Shown here: positions 1 through 11,784 of the stretch, in pieces | Layout: every line of letters begins with the position of its first letter | Position numbering within the stretch: the stretch's first letter is position 1 | From: Lingula anatina | Lineage: Eukaryota > Animalia > Brachiopoda | Direction: 5' to 3' | Length of the DNA: 64,000 nt | Assembly: GCA_051362555.1 (NCBI GenBank) | Contig: CM120644.1 | Span: 24,140,534-24,204,533 of the forward strand | Translations under genes and position numbers: made by a program | Notes under the pieces: model-generated | What the model saw: the letters and a program-made list of their open reading frames with translations, nothing else | The model's database searches: none | What the model was told of the DNA's origin: nothing

Positions 1-181
1 CAATCGTGAAATAGATCTTAATTTAAACCTTTGATTTATCAGTCTAAAATTAATAAATTCATATATTTTACACGGGGGTGGGTGGAGTAATTGTAAGAAT
101 TTTTTTTTGCTTAAGAACAAAGTTGGATGATCTTTGCATTTATTATCTGTTATCATACAGATTATCGATGGTTTGTTCTAG

Positions 182-3093
182 GTATTCAGTGAAAATCTAC
201 AGAGGTTCAAGGATCTTCTCTCCAATACCGTGGCAACACTGCTGAACTTAGTCAACACCGCCCTCGCTGATCTTAAGGCCGCCATTCAGCAAATTGTAGG
301 CGATTTACTTAACCTCACATTTCCCGATTTCTCTGTCGTATTAGACACCATCCATAATGCTTGGGACGCCCTAAAAACGGCAGCACAGAACTTCTTTGAC
401 GCCGTTGAATTCAATGTTGAAATCGCCAAACACAACTTTACGGAGATGATCAAGCTCGAGGTGAATCGCATTAAGCAAAATGTAGACGCAGCGATCCAAA
501 AAGCCATTGGTGAAGTGACGTCTGTCACTGATGATTACTCTGGGTTCGGCGTTCGCTACAAGACGACCATTAAGGTATTTGGACTGGAGATATTTGGACT
601 TCATCTTGAGTTCGTTTACTCGGTTGGAAAGTTGGGACAGTGTAGCAGGTTCCAGAAGGTGTACCAATTGCTAGCTGGAGAGAAAGCAGCCCGTGCTTTG
701 GCTATCGTTTCCACGGAACAGGGACTAGGTCATTTCTTGAAATTAAAAAGGGGGGCGGGGATCGGAGCTGCATTCGGCATAGACAGCAATACTTTCATTC
801 TGCAGCTTCACGCTGAGGTCGGTTTGTTGGGGATCAGAGCAGAAGCTGACGTATTTATATCCAAGAACAGTTTGACAACTTACGTTGAGGGGAAGGTATG
901 GAGCCTCTTCCGCGCCCGGTTGACAATATCAGCAGCGCTTGGCAAAAAGTGGTATCAGCTGACATACATCGTGGAGGGAGCACTGCTGCCCGGCGGAAGT
1001 GACTCCTTTGACGGCAGCTTCTTGGATGCACTTAAGAAATCTGCAAACAAGATTGCCAACGAAGCCAATAAGAGGATAACCCAAGCACAGCAGGGTCTAA
1101 CTACGGCCAAAAGTAAGCTAAGTAAGGCACAGAACTGGCTTGAGAAAAAGAAAGCTGGTGTCCGCAGGGCAAATGATGCATTCGACAAGACTATTGCAGC
1201 ACTAGAACGTGCCAAGAAGAAGCTGGATGCCGCAAAGGGGCCTTTCGAGAAAGCTTTGCAAAAGCTGAAAGCTGCAGAAAAGGATGTGGATAAATTATGC
1301 AAGATCAAAAACTGCAAGAAAGTCTGCATTCCAGGAGTAAAATGTAAATGGTGCTATAAGAAAATCTGGCGAATCAGAATCCCTTACCCTTGCTGTAAGT
1401 GGACAAAGTGCATGATCAAAATACCGGATCCCATTTGTGTGGCTGCTAATGTGGTCTGTAAGGGCATCCGGTTGGCAGCATACGCCGCCCTAAAAGTGGC
1501 CAAGTTAGCTGTTAAAGCCCCTATGGCCGCTATGGATGTTGCTAAGGCCGCTGTGGCAGCAGCGCAGATCGTGGTGGATAAAGCAAGGGTGGTGCTGGAC
1601 ATCGCTGAAGGTGCTTTGGAACTGGCTAAGCTTGCCCTGGAAGGGGTTAAAGCAACCATTGAAGCTGCCAAGGCTGCTCTTGAAGTAGTGAAGTTTGCAG
1701 TGAGAGCGGCCTCCAAAGTGTTTGAGCTGATTGTCACTTACGGGCTGCAGTCCATATTAGATGTTAGGCAGTGTGGGTTCCGAGTGGAGCTTTCTACAGT
1801 CGACTTACCTATATTTGATGTGTCGTGTGAAGTGAATGCATTCCGCCTTGGTTGGAGGACCGTAAGGATAAGGATCAACTTTAAAAATATATTGCAGAGC
1901 CTACTGGAAGCAGCTAAAGCTACAATTAAAGCACTTTTGAATGCACTTAAAGGTGCCTTCGCTGGACGAAAACGCCGCGAGATAGAGTTTGACGTGAACG
2001 TCAAGATGCACACCTTATACAGGGTGATTCGTCAAACTGGGAGCATCGAAGCAGGCGAACAACTATTAAATGAAACCCTTGACGTAAAAGATGATATTAC
2101 TGGCTTCAAGAACAGCACCGATGAGGATCTCAACAACCTTAGTGACGAGAAAAACAGAGTCGACATGTTTGCAGAAAATTGTGACACTTTTAACGAAGCG
2201 GAGGGATTTCTGCGTCGCGTCTTTGGCTCCCTTTTAAGTGTTGCAACTGACTCCAAAGCATCGTTAGACAACGTGACGGCCATGTTGGAGACCTTTCCAG
2301 ATGTTGACACCCCTCAACTATCGAATGGATCATTAGCGTCTTTCGGGGTTAATGTTACGGTCGGTGAATCTGATTACAATCTCACGGCTGAGGAGATGGA
2401 GGCGACGTTTGCGGAGACCCTGGCGAACATCACGGATGATCCGGAACTTAAAGAGGCTCTGGGGGCGTCTACGTTTGCCAAGAGCATAATTCTGGAGGAG
2501 ACAGAACAAGCAGCGAAGATGGCGTTTGTGGAAGCGTGGATCAGTGTCGCAGAAAATATTACATCATCGACATATCCGCCTGATGTTTGTGCCAACTTCA
2601 GAGACTGTGTGGTGTACGACCTTGGACGTCTGTATGACCTATACGATACCAATCTACAGTTACCGGGTGTCGAAAGCATCAAGGGTTATATTCCCGCTCT
2701 GGAGAACTCAATCCTGGCACTTGTGAACAGCAAGGAAGACATAGACGTCAATGAGGCTTATCAATATAGCCGAGAAATCATGGATCTTCTTGATAATATC
2801 AAGCTTCATGACGTATTCTGTAAAACCGCACCGCAAATCATTGCAGGACCCAGAAACACCACTGTTTCGACTGGAGAGTCCGTGCAGTTCACATGCGAAG
2901 CGACTGGTGATCCCACACCGGACTACTCCTGGTTTAAGGATGGAGAGGCGCTGGGAATAACCTCGAAGACCTTGCGCTTGGAATCGGTGTCAGATTCGGA
3001 TGCGGGATCATACTCGTGCCGAGCTGAAAACTACATCGCAGGCGTTGACTCAGAATCTGGATATTTGACAGTTATCAATGTTGGTAAGAAAGT

Positions 3094-3124
<31 letters not shown>

Positions 3125-3504
3125 GTGAATTGCCTTGGGCTTGCCTCATTAAACTACCGCTGTGCACATCAAGGCAAAATACAAGCAGCAAGACGAATGC
3201 ATACAAGATGCAAGCTTGTGTCCAAAAACGTATGCTTTTATACCTGTATGAAAATGTGCATTTCAACATTTTTTGAAAAAATTATATGCTTTCTCTTTTT
3301 CCAGTAATTGCATGCCCGACTGCTTTCGCCAAGGTGGCTCACCCCTTCGACTGCGGGAAGTTTGTGGTGTGTGTGTGGTCAAGGCCCGTGGTCATGACCT
3401 GTCCCCGTAGCCAAGACGGGCAGCTGGTGTGGGATCAGAGCCTATTGACCTGCAACTACGTCCGTAACGTACCGCGGTGTCAACATGACCAGCTCGGCGA
3501 GTAA
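182..3504 (+). CDS. 5'-partial large uncharacterised, probably extracellular protein: helical/beta region, Lys/Ala coiled-coil hairpin with Cys-rich tip, RKRR site, acidic region, Ig domain, C-terminal CBM14 (peritrophin-A) chitin-binding domain; exons 182-3083 and 3305-3504
   Basis: Acceptor ttgttctag|gta at 181/182 (the TAG is also an in-frame stop). Frame is open to donor ttg|gtaag at 3083/3084 (phase 1). Acceptor ttccag|ta at 3304/3305 continues as VIACPTAFAKVAHPFDCGKFVVCVWSRPVVMTCP...LVWDQSLLTCNY...C, a 6-Cys CBM14 pattern. Ig motif: FTCEATGDPTPDYSWFKDG...DAGSYSCRAEN. Confidence 0.85.
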
Positions 3505-3721
3505 ATCACGCCTGGATCACGTGAACACCATGTTGTTATCACGTGATAATATTGTGAAAATGATAAACCATGCTGAATTTTTTAAAGTGTGTTCTTATTG
3601 AGATGCTGTTGTTATGAACTTTTTTCAAGCACTCCAACACGATATAATATGCCCCTTTTTCACAGTTATTTTATTGCTGTTCTGGTCCGCATTAACGCTT
3701 AGTAGACTGCCCTATATGAAA

Positions 3722-3765
<44 letters not shown>
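3722..3765. repeat. (TAT)n microsatellite
   Basis: Direct reading of the sequence. Confidence 0.95.
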
Positions 3766-3766
<1 letters not shown>

Positions 3767-5109
3767 ACTTATGAAATAATTAAAACATCTGACTACTCAT
3801 ACACACATATATACACTAACAAACACACGTATATTACCATGATAAAGGTGACTTTATTGGTTGAAAAAAAAAAAAAAGATCCTCGAGCGACTTTCGATAT
3901 TTACCACTTCATAGGACATGTGTATCCATATATGTAACAGTGTTAAATATAATCCCTTCTTGTATGTATAGATAAAATAGTAGCCTAATAAAAAATTGTG
4001 GAAATTAGTCTTTTCAGAGTGCGACGCGACTTGATCAAGGCGATTGGAGTATGCAATCATGTACCTTCACTGCTTCGTTTTCAACCCTTATTTAATCGTC
4101 TTATATCCCAATAGCCTACCAATTCCCTGCCGTGTGCCCCCCCCCCCCTTTGAACGCCTCTGGTCCCCCTTTATCAGAAATCCTGGAGCCGTGCCTGTAT
4201 ATCCCAGAGTAATTAATAATCGCTCAAGACAGACACCCAACAGTACAAATGTTTAACAAGTATACAGAAATCCTCAAATCCGTGCATACGGTTGTGAAAG
4301 AGGTTTTAGATCACATATATTGTAACAATTGGGGTCAGTGAGGCTAGCAGGCCGCTATAAAAATCATTAGATGTAATGTAAATACTGGCCAAACAATAGT
4401 CTGCTTTGTATAACCTGTTTCTATTTTCTTTTTTAATTACTTTTCACTAAATCCTACAGTACCTAAAACTATCATTGGTCAAAAAGGTTGTCCCACCAAC
4501 AGTTTTATGTGCTTTTATTTATAGATGACCACATCACCGGATTTAATTGCTATGAATGGTGATTTTCATTCCAGATTCCATTACTAACATGATTAGTGGT
4601 ACAGAAAATACAAACTAGCGGCGAAGATATCAATATTTATACCACTTATTCACTTTTATTGCATGTATCCCCTCAAATCTGATGTTCCACTGTCATTTCC
4701 ACATTAAATTGAAAAGACACCACCAAACGTCACCAAATTTACTCATATTTAGCATTTGGGTATGGTCGCTTAAGGTCACGTGCATGTCTATTAGCGTTTG
4801 TGTTTACTGTGTAATATAATTACCTCCTGTAGACGGTGCTGCTGCCTTCAACAAGGAAAACCATTCTGTTTTGTTGGATATCCTAAAATGCTTGGCGGAA
4901 TTGGTCCTGACTATTTGGAGTTTGGTTCTCCTCTGGACTGTTTGGTTCACTGGCGAATTCAATTAAAGGACTGATGTCACAATGGCATCAAATAGATTTT
5001 TAAAAGTTACTGATACAAAACACGATTTTAATCCTTATTTCCATGCATCAGTCATAAAAATAAATATTTCATATTAAATGGCAATTCTGTAGATAGTAAT
5101 GAAATGATA

Positions 5110-7108
5110 TCACTGTTTCTTCTTGTCGCCGCCTGTTGCTGGATTCTGATCACACTTCCTCCTGCATGCTCTACAAAGAATCTTGATGCAATAGACACCT
5201 AAGACGACCACACTTAAAAGAAAACCTATGACGTCGAGGCTATAGAAAATGTACCATGGCAACTGTGCCCCCGGTGACTGTAAATGTGAGCCCCCGAACC
5301 TGACCACGTGTTCAATCCAGTAGACCGCCTGATCCACGAGACTCATGGGATAGTCCCGTAATATCCGGGCATATCTTTTGGTGTTGCTCTGATATGTGGA
5401 ATTTGAGGCCAAAATGTTGATATTTTCCAGGAGCTCGCCAGGAGAGAACGTTGCAACGGACATCTTTATAGCCAACCCTCTCTTAACGAGTCGCTCAGCG
5501 TTGTGGGGCTGATCTCCGGCGATTGGCATTGCCAATACTGGGACGCCGTTAAATAGCGCTTCGTACGAACCGGCGTTGCCACAGTGGGACAGGAATACTT
5601 TCACGCTCTCATGCGCCAGAAGATCGCTTTGTGGTAACCAAGACATCAGTTTGATATTGGGCGGTATTTCCCCCAAGTCTTCTCCACTGTAACGCCATAC
5701 GACTCCATATTTCAGCTTGCTGAACACACCCAGGAATCTTTTGCTGATTTCTGTAGGTAAATACTTTACGACAGAGCCAAACGAAACTACCACTACTCCC
5801 TGGGATTTGAATTTCTGTACAAACGCTTCCAGATGGTCTGGCAAAGCCGCAGGTTGCTTCACACCCATTCCGCCAAGTAGGATCACATTTGGAAGGGTAG
5901 GGATCGGTTCTAGGGCAGGATTCACGCTTATCACCAGCCAAAGTATACTATCTCTGAGAAATTCGTTAAATGTTTTAATTGGTTTATGGGGCACGTGCCT
6001 ATGCACCAACTCCGCAGGTATTGAAGGTGTAAATATAAAGTTAGAAACCAGTGTGATGACAAAGTTCTGAACACGTTCCATGAAGTCCATGTGTTCAGTG
6101 AAGGTTGTGAACAAAGAGGGGATAACAGATGGGAGAAGAGGCAACCCCGCCTGACCTAGTAACGAGGTGAATGACGTAATACTGATTACAGGCAAGTCCA
6201 GTTTGTACGGCAGAATCTGGCAGTTGGCCAGAAATGGATACGCCCCTATCACCGCCACGTCAAACTTGAGCGACGAAAGTTTTGCGAATAGTTCCTGGTC
6301 CTCCAACATTTCTGCACATTGGGACGTGAAAAACTCGGACGCAGTTCTTACCAACCGGAAATTGGTCACCATATCGCCGTCACTTTGTATCATATCTTTG
6401 ACGTCATTCCTCTGAAATTCCTCCGAACCCAGAATGTACTCTTTGTCCGTTTTGAATGTCAGGTAATTGACACTGCCGTCCTTGGTGGAGTCGGGGATGG
6501 GGAAATTTGAGCCGACAATGACGTAAACTTGGTGTCCGCGTTTGTGCAGTTCTTTGGCCAGGTTATGGAAGACCAAAGTGACACTCTTGCCTATGCCTGG
6601 CATTGCTAGGAATCTGAAATGTACACAGTAAATACTTCTTTAAAATCACTAAATTCACAAATACCACCAAATATAATATTGTAGGTATACAGTGTAGGAC
6701 GAATAAGTTTTAAGATTCTACTTTTTCATACAAAAACGTATGTATAGACCCATGAAACGCACCATATAAGCGGGAGGCACGTGACATATCGTGCATCAGC
6801 AAAATGGGTTGTATCAACAGTATTTAGGTTAAACAGAAAACAGTTCACCTCCAATCATTTCTCCATTTCTGTTTGAAAAAAAATTATAGTATCTTATGAA
6901 ATCTATCCAATCTAAACCTTTCGTTAGCTTAATATTTTAATGACATGGTGACTTTTCCTAATCGTTGCAAAAGATAAGCAGAACATAAGAAAAATATCGC
7001 TTAAAATTCTAATGACCTTGCACAGGAACAGGGTGCCACGTGACTCAGCGTCCAGAGACTGAGAAGGACGAGTAGCGACACAACTGGCGTCCTCACTGGT
7101 GACATCAT
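5110..7108 (-). CDS. UDP-glycosyltransferase (animal UGT, GT1 family) copy A; exons 7108-7017 and 6613-5110; 531 aa
   Basis: Signal-peptide exon MMSPVRTPVVSLLVLLSLWTLSHVAPCSCAR with phase-2 donor ag|gtcatt, then acceptor tttcag|att. UGT signature WLPQSDLLAHESVKVFLSHCG...EALFNGVPVLAMPIAGDQ, C-terminal TM helix, di-lysine tail DKKKQ. Confidence 0.93.
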
Positions 7109-9000
7109 GTTGATCTTTCCAGTCCAGTTCTGACGGCTTGACTTGGTCGAACATGTGATTTGGACTCCGTACAACCTTTTCACAGGTCATAAATAGTGCA
7201 AGGCTAGAACCAACAGACCACTCCGAGGGTAGGGGTGGTCAAAAGTCTACCTGTTTAAGTAGGGAGTCCGTCTTTCCGGGAGAGAAAGTCATAAACTGCT
7301 CCCGCTTGCCGGCGATAATCACAACATACAAAATGAACGTTGTCACTGCCAGTTGATACTACATACATGAGATACTGTAAAGGTCAAGTGCTGATACCCA
7401 AATTAAGGTACACATGTACTTGCAGCAACAATCCAACGTCTTGTTGGACTAAGCTTTGCCTTAACCGAAAGGCACTGACTGAGGACGTCTCAACGCTGCT
7501 GAATGTCGTAATACCCCGTTGTGGGTCTTATCATGCACTGAGGTAACTGAAGCCGTCAAAACTGGATTGAAAACACCTTTTAAGTTCAGTTTAAGCAAAC
7601 GCTACACTATTATAACCCCTGGAGTGTTTGTTCCATATAATGGCCTTTGTAAGTTAAGTAAGCCTACAGTTCGGCGACAATATTTGTATTTCGCAATGTG
7701 CCAGTTGTGATACTGGTAGAATTTAGGTCATGGCCTATATATGATAACAAGTGATTATGTCAAGTATCTGTACTTTCGAAGAGAGCAAAAACGAATTGTC
7801 TGTCGAATTCGATAGGTATTACCCACACCGAAGCGAAAAGTCGGTGTACTCGAGGTTTACAGAATTATAATTTCTGTGCATGTGTTTAAGCTATTTCGTA
7901 AAACTAGAAGAGCTAGCAATCTGTAAAATTTCATTAAAACCCTTAGAGTCCAACACATACACATTAAGACGCTGACAGATAGACAAATTAGCCAAGTAAA
8001 GGCAAAATGAAAAATTAAAAGAAAGAAAGGAAGCATTAAAGATATTTTAAAAAAAGATCAAGAAAAGACTGAAAGAGACAGCCATATTGGACATTTAAAG
8101 ACGTTTACAGAAAAAAAGTAGATTGGCCCTGCACCGCCTGTTTGAGAAAGCCCAGGTTGAGCAATGTCACCGCTTTTGAATAAATTTCTTGTCATGTTTG
8201 TAATGCTCCTCCTAGACGGACAGACGCCACGCCGGCAAATATACAACTACCAAATAGCAAATAAATAAATACCAAAAAGCAAATAATAAATAAATAATGT
8301 TAGAATAAAAAATGACATAGTAATCCGAGCTAAACAGACCAATGTGTTCACACCAACATATCACACCAATATTCCCATCTTGAAATGAAGTTTGACTAGC
8401 TACATGTAAATCATAGTTCTACACCGCACCAAAGGGCACTGTTTGATCCCCAGAAAAAAATCTAGGGGCCCTGTTGTGAACCCCACGCCAAAGGGACGTG
8501 GTCGGCTTTGCAACCGCCCCGGCGTTAGAGTAGTCTTTCTCGACCTTATGGGTTAGGATGATTTTGGAAATGCTGTCATAATCAGTTAAAAAAAATAGAA
8601 ATATCTCATCACCGCGCCAGTCAAGTCCACACGGTTGGGCTAATTAACCTTTTTCATCGCAACGTTATATGCAGTTATAAACACATTTGTCATCACATAT
8701 AATGTAATAATCTTGCATTTCCTAGTCATCAATGCATTTGAATAGTTCATTTCAATTACTATTTGCACTTGACAACCCCTTTTTGCATTTTTAGGAGCGA
8801 AATATGTAAGCAATTATCTCTTTCCAACTTTGAAACAATGCATTTATCCAAGCAAAAATTAATTTTAACGTTCAGCCTAGCATTTCCTTTCAGATTGAAC
8901 ATTTAGACAAATACTTTTAACATTTTATATATCATTTGTACCTATTTGTCTAGATAGGGGATAGTTTTAACCGTTCTCAATTACGAAAAGTTACGACAGC

Positions 9001-9008
9001 TATAAAAA
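9001..9008 (+). promoter_or_regulatory. TATA box upstream of truncated peptide gene copy A
   Basis: TATAAAAA 130 bp before ATG 9131; conserved at 26599 in copy B. Confidence 0.5.
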
Positions 9009-9130
9009 GCTCCGCCGAAGGTCGGATATCACCGCCAGTAGACAGTCGTCTAACTACGTCTAAAGTCGTCTAAAGCGCTGCTACTAAGTTCTATCTCACT
9101 ACGTTGAGTACCCGTCGCCTAACCTCCAGG

Positions 9131-9238
9131 ATGAACTCCAAGATCTGGTCCGCACTGACCGTAGACTGTGTCCTTCCCTGCCTACAAGAGACGCTGGCGT
9201 CAGACGTGAACTGTTCTGGTTTAAGAATTACAGTATAA
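9131..9238 (+). pseudogene. Truncated copy of the Cys-rich secreted peptide gene
   Basis: MNSKIWSALTVDCVLPCLQETLASDVNCSG then unrelated LRITV*. Homology to 26728 stops at 9219, and the signal peptide carries V>D and S>P changes. Confidence 0.8.
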
Positions 9239-9489
9239 AAGGGCAGCAGTTCTGCAGAATAAGTCTCCATATTTCGGCAACGCCCAGTCAGAAGAGTTTG
9301 ATATTTTGCAGACTCTTAGCTGACCTTATGGTAAGTGAACTAACGGCAGCAACTTGCCACACTGTTGTTGCATTATGCAAACTTCTATAACCAGGCCGAT
9401 GAATGTGTCCCAGGGAGCAGTTCCTAACGTCTTACAGAAACACGCCCAGACTGGTACACCAACACAAAACCACTGCCTTGTTCTGTTCC

Positions 9490-9647
9490 GTCTTGTTCTG
9501 TCTTGTGGTCGACGTAGCATGGTCACAATTACAGCCATAGGAAAATGTATGGTAGCAAGGCAGCACACGGGGGTCCTCGTACTCTCCCAGACAGATGCTA
9601 CACGTCAAGAGATTATCTGTGAAAGCTGTTGCTAGTGTTTCTGCCAT
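9490..9647 (-). pseudogene. Truncated TRIM RING-domain pseudogene, paralog of the gene at 11785-13851
   Basis: MAETLATAFTDNLLTCSICLGEYEDPRVLPCYHTFSYGCNCD has a RING Cys>Ser change and lacks the last CxxC. Its upstream region 9720-10540 matches 14040-14767 plus 17175-17305. Confidence 0.85.
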
Positions 9648-9659
9648 ATATGTGTGAAT

Positions 9660-9716
<57 letters not shown>

Positions 9717-11116
9717 TGTAATGGTACAAGTTATAGAAACTTTATTGATTGAATCACTCAGTTAAAAGATTCTCAATCCCCTATTTACTTCCTTACGCTG
9801 ATAACACTTATTAATAACATGTATTACTCAGGCTACCCAGTGACTGGCCTACTGTCAAATGGTTTTGATGCAATCCCTGAAAAGTCTTTTTTCTTCTTGT
9901 CCCTTCATAAACTGCTCAAGGTAGAGGAAAATATGTCGTCTGTTTATGACCTGAAGCTGACTCGACCATAGCAACTCTGAGATCATTAGCAATACACATT
10001 GTGTATTGGCTGGTGATCGAAGTAATGGTATTGTGTTTACTTTTATAAGCTCAGGTTATAGAAATACAACAATGGATCAGATATATGCAGTTTTTTCTCG
10101 GTTTGTGTTAAATAAAAATCCATACTTTTAATTGTGTTTTTTGCTAAAGTTTTCTTGTCTATAATTTTTATATATATAAAAAATAGCATGTTTTTAACGT
10201 GATGCTTGCAATACGCAGTGTGTAGTATTTACTCTCTTTTAGTGAATACATCGACTGTTCATTCCTAAGCTGCTCTCACTAAAGTAAAAAGCAGATTAAA
10301 AAGAATAAAGCGGTATTTTGTTTGCTGACTCAGCCGTTTTGTGTTTGCTCTAAGCTAAGGTTGAAGAAATAAGTTAAACACAGCATGGAAGAATGATTTC
10401 TGTTCTGCTGTGTGTGGAAGAATACACCTAGTGTGCCTCTGTTCAGGTGACAGGTGCTTCGTGTGTGCTTTTAAATGGAAATATTTAATTGAACACAGTG
10501 TGCCTCTTGATACCAGAAATATTTGAAAGCAGGCAATTGCTAATGTCAATTTTAAGCGCTGTAGAGTCCCATTTTGAAACTGCAACGCATTTTGCAACCA
10601 GGATTTTTTCTAAGTCCCTGAAACAGTTTAAAGTACGAAACAGGTAGAATTGGAGTGGGGACGCGTTTGCTTCGACAAGGTACGCCGAAACTGGTCGGGC
10701 TGTCCCAGGGGCGGGGAAATTTTAACTTATTTCTCATTGTTTTTTCTTAACCATTAGAGTTAGGAAGTTGAAACGTCAGGGAATAACAAATATGTTGTTA
10801 GGCATGTGCATGGGCAATTATTAATTTGTAAATTGGGATGTGACCGTCCCTAGGGGTGGTTGATTGTACTTTTTACTTCGTATTTATATCCTATCTACAC
10901 TTATTTCTTCAGAATTAGGAAATAAAAATGTTGGTGATCTTATTTTCTGCATCTGGCTAATTATAAAGGTTTTAAATAGCCATAACACTTTTAGCAAAAT
11001 CAAATCCAGTCCAATTTAACTTTTAAAAACTACTTTTAAAAGCAATGAGTTTCAGAATAGAAAGCAGTCTTTGTACGTTGTGCTGATAATTGCGAATGAT
11101 GTTAGCTATATTGTAG

Positions 11117-11237
11117 TTTGTCCCAGAGTCCAAAGCATGCGTGGATCTGTTTTCGTTTGAGCGGAAGTTGGACTCCACCATCATGAGAAAAAGGCTGGAT
11201 ATACTAAGTTTAAGAGGCATTGAAAAGACCCATGGAG
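11117..11237 (+). pseudogene. SMARCD1: Isolated decayed exon of a SMARCD/BAF60 (SWI/SNF subunit) gene
   Basis: [29 protein letters not shown], then a 7-nt insertion, then (Q)EALKRPME|gta. This matches SMARCD1 [38 protein letters not shown] as recalled from memory. Confidence 0.8.
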
Positions 11238-11784
11238 GTACTGATAAACTGCATATATTTGCTACATGAAGGCACTTTGCATAACCAACAAGAAATGTTA
11301 AATATCATTTAAAAGCACAACGAGCCTTGAGCAAGTCACAACTTTGGATCATCATAACTCTGAAAACAGCTCAGACATCAATCTAAGGTTCTTTTAAAGC
11401 TCCTATAATATCTATAAAATATGTGAACATCAGAAATATCTTGACGAAGGGTATCCTCACTTGGTTAGTTGTTATGCAATCACCCAGCTCTCTTTATTAC
11501 GATATATTTGGGTTTTATATTTACTACATAAACACACCGATGTACTGCATAACTTTCTTTATTTCTTACAAAAAGGTACCAAAAAAGTGCATCGCCCTCT
11601 TGATTACTGTATTTTGTACATGACGGTACCGATATATGGCATGGCTTTTCTTGTAACTCGGTTTGTTGAACAAACACTGCACAGTCTTAGAGGAAACTAC
11701 GAAGAAAAGAGCACAGTGAGTCAAAATGGGACTCCCACACGCAATTTGTGTTATATTTTTAACTGTGCACCGTGTGATCAGTAG

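Larger units (their letters stand above)
4280..9219. repeat. Segmental duplication copy A (paralogous to ~22001-26816)
   Basis: Collinear matches by eye: ttagatcacatat (4306 vs 22031), the whole UGT gene, the intergenic region, and the peptide gene start up to gtgaactgttctgg (9219 vs 26816). Confidence 0.9.

Noticed and set aside
286-2682. Series of minus-strand ORFs
   Set aside because: Antisense shadows of the long coding exon with no independent motifs.
3084-3307. C-terminal 75 aa of the 1025-aa ORF
   Set aside because: Intron read-through containing (CT)n; a GT-AG intron joins the Ig domain in frame to the CBM14 exon.
4825-4965. GC-richer segment downstream of UGT A, absent from copy B, with exon-like signals
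   Set aside because: No recognisable protein in the frames examined; best explained as a deletion in copy B.
9661-9716. Long poly-T as a retrocopy tail for the TRIM pseudogene
   Set aside because: It lies 5' of the pseudogene ATG, and the upstream genomic flank is co-duplicated, indicating DNA-level duplication.
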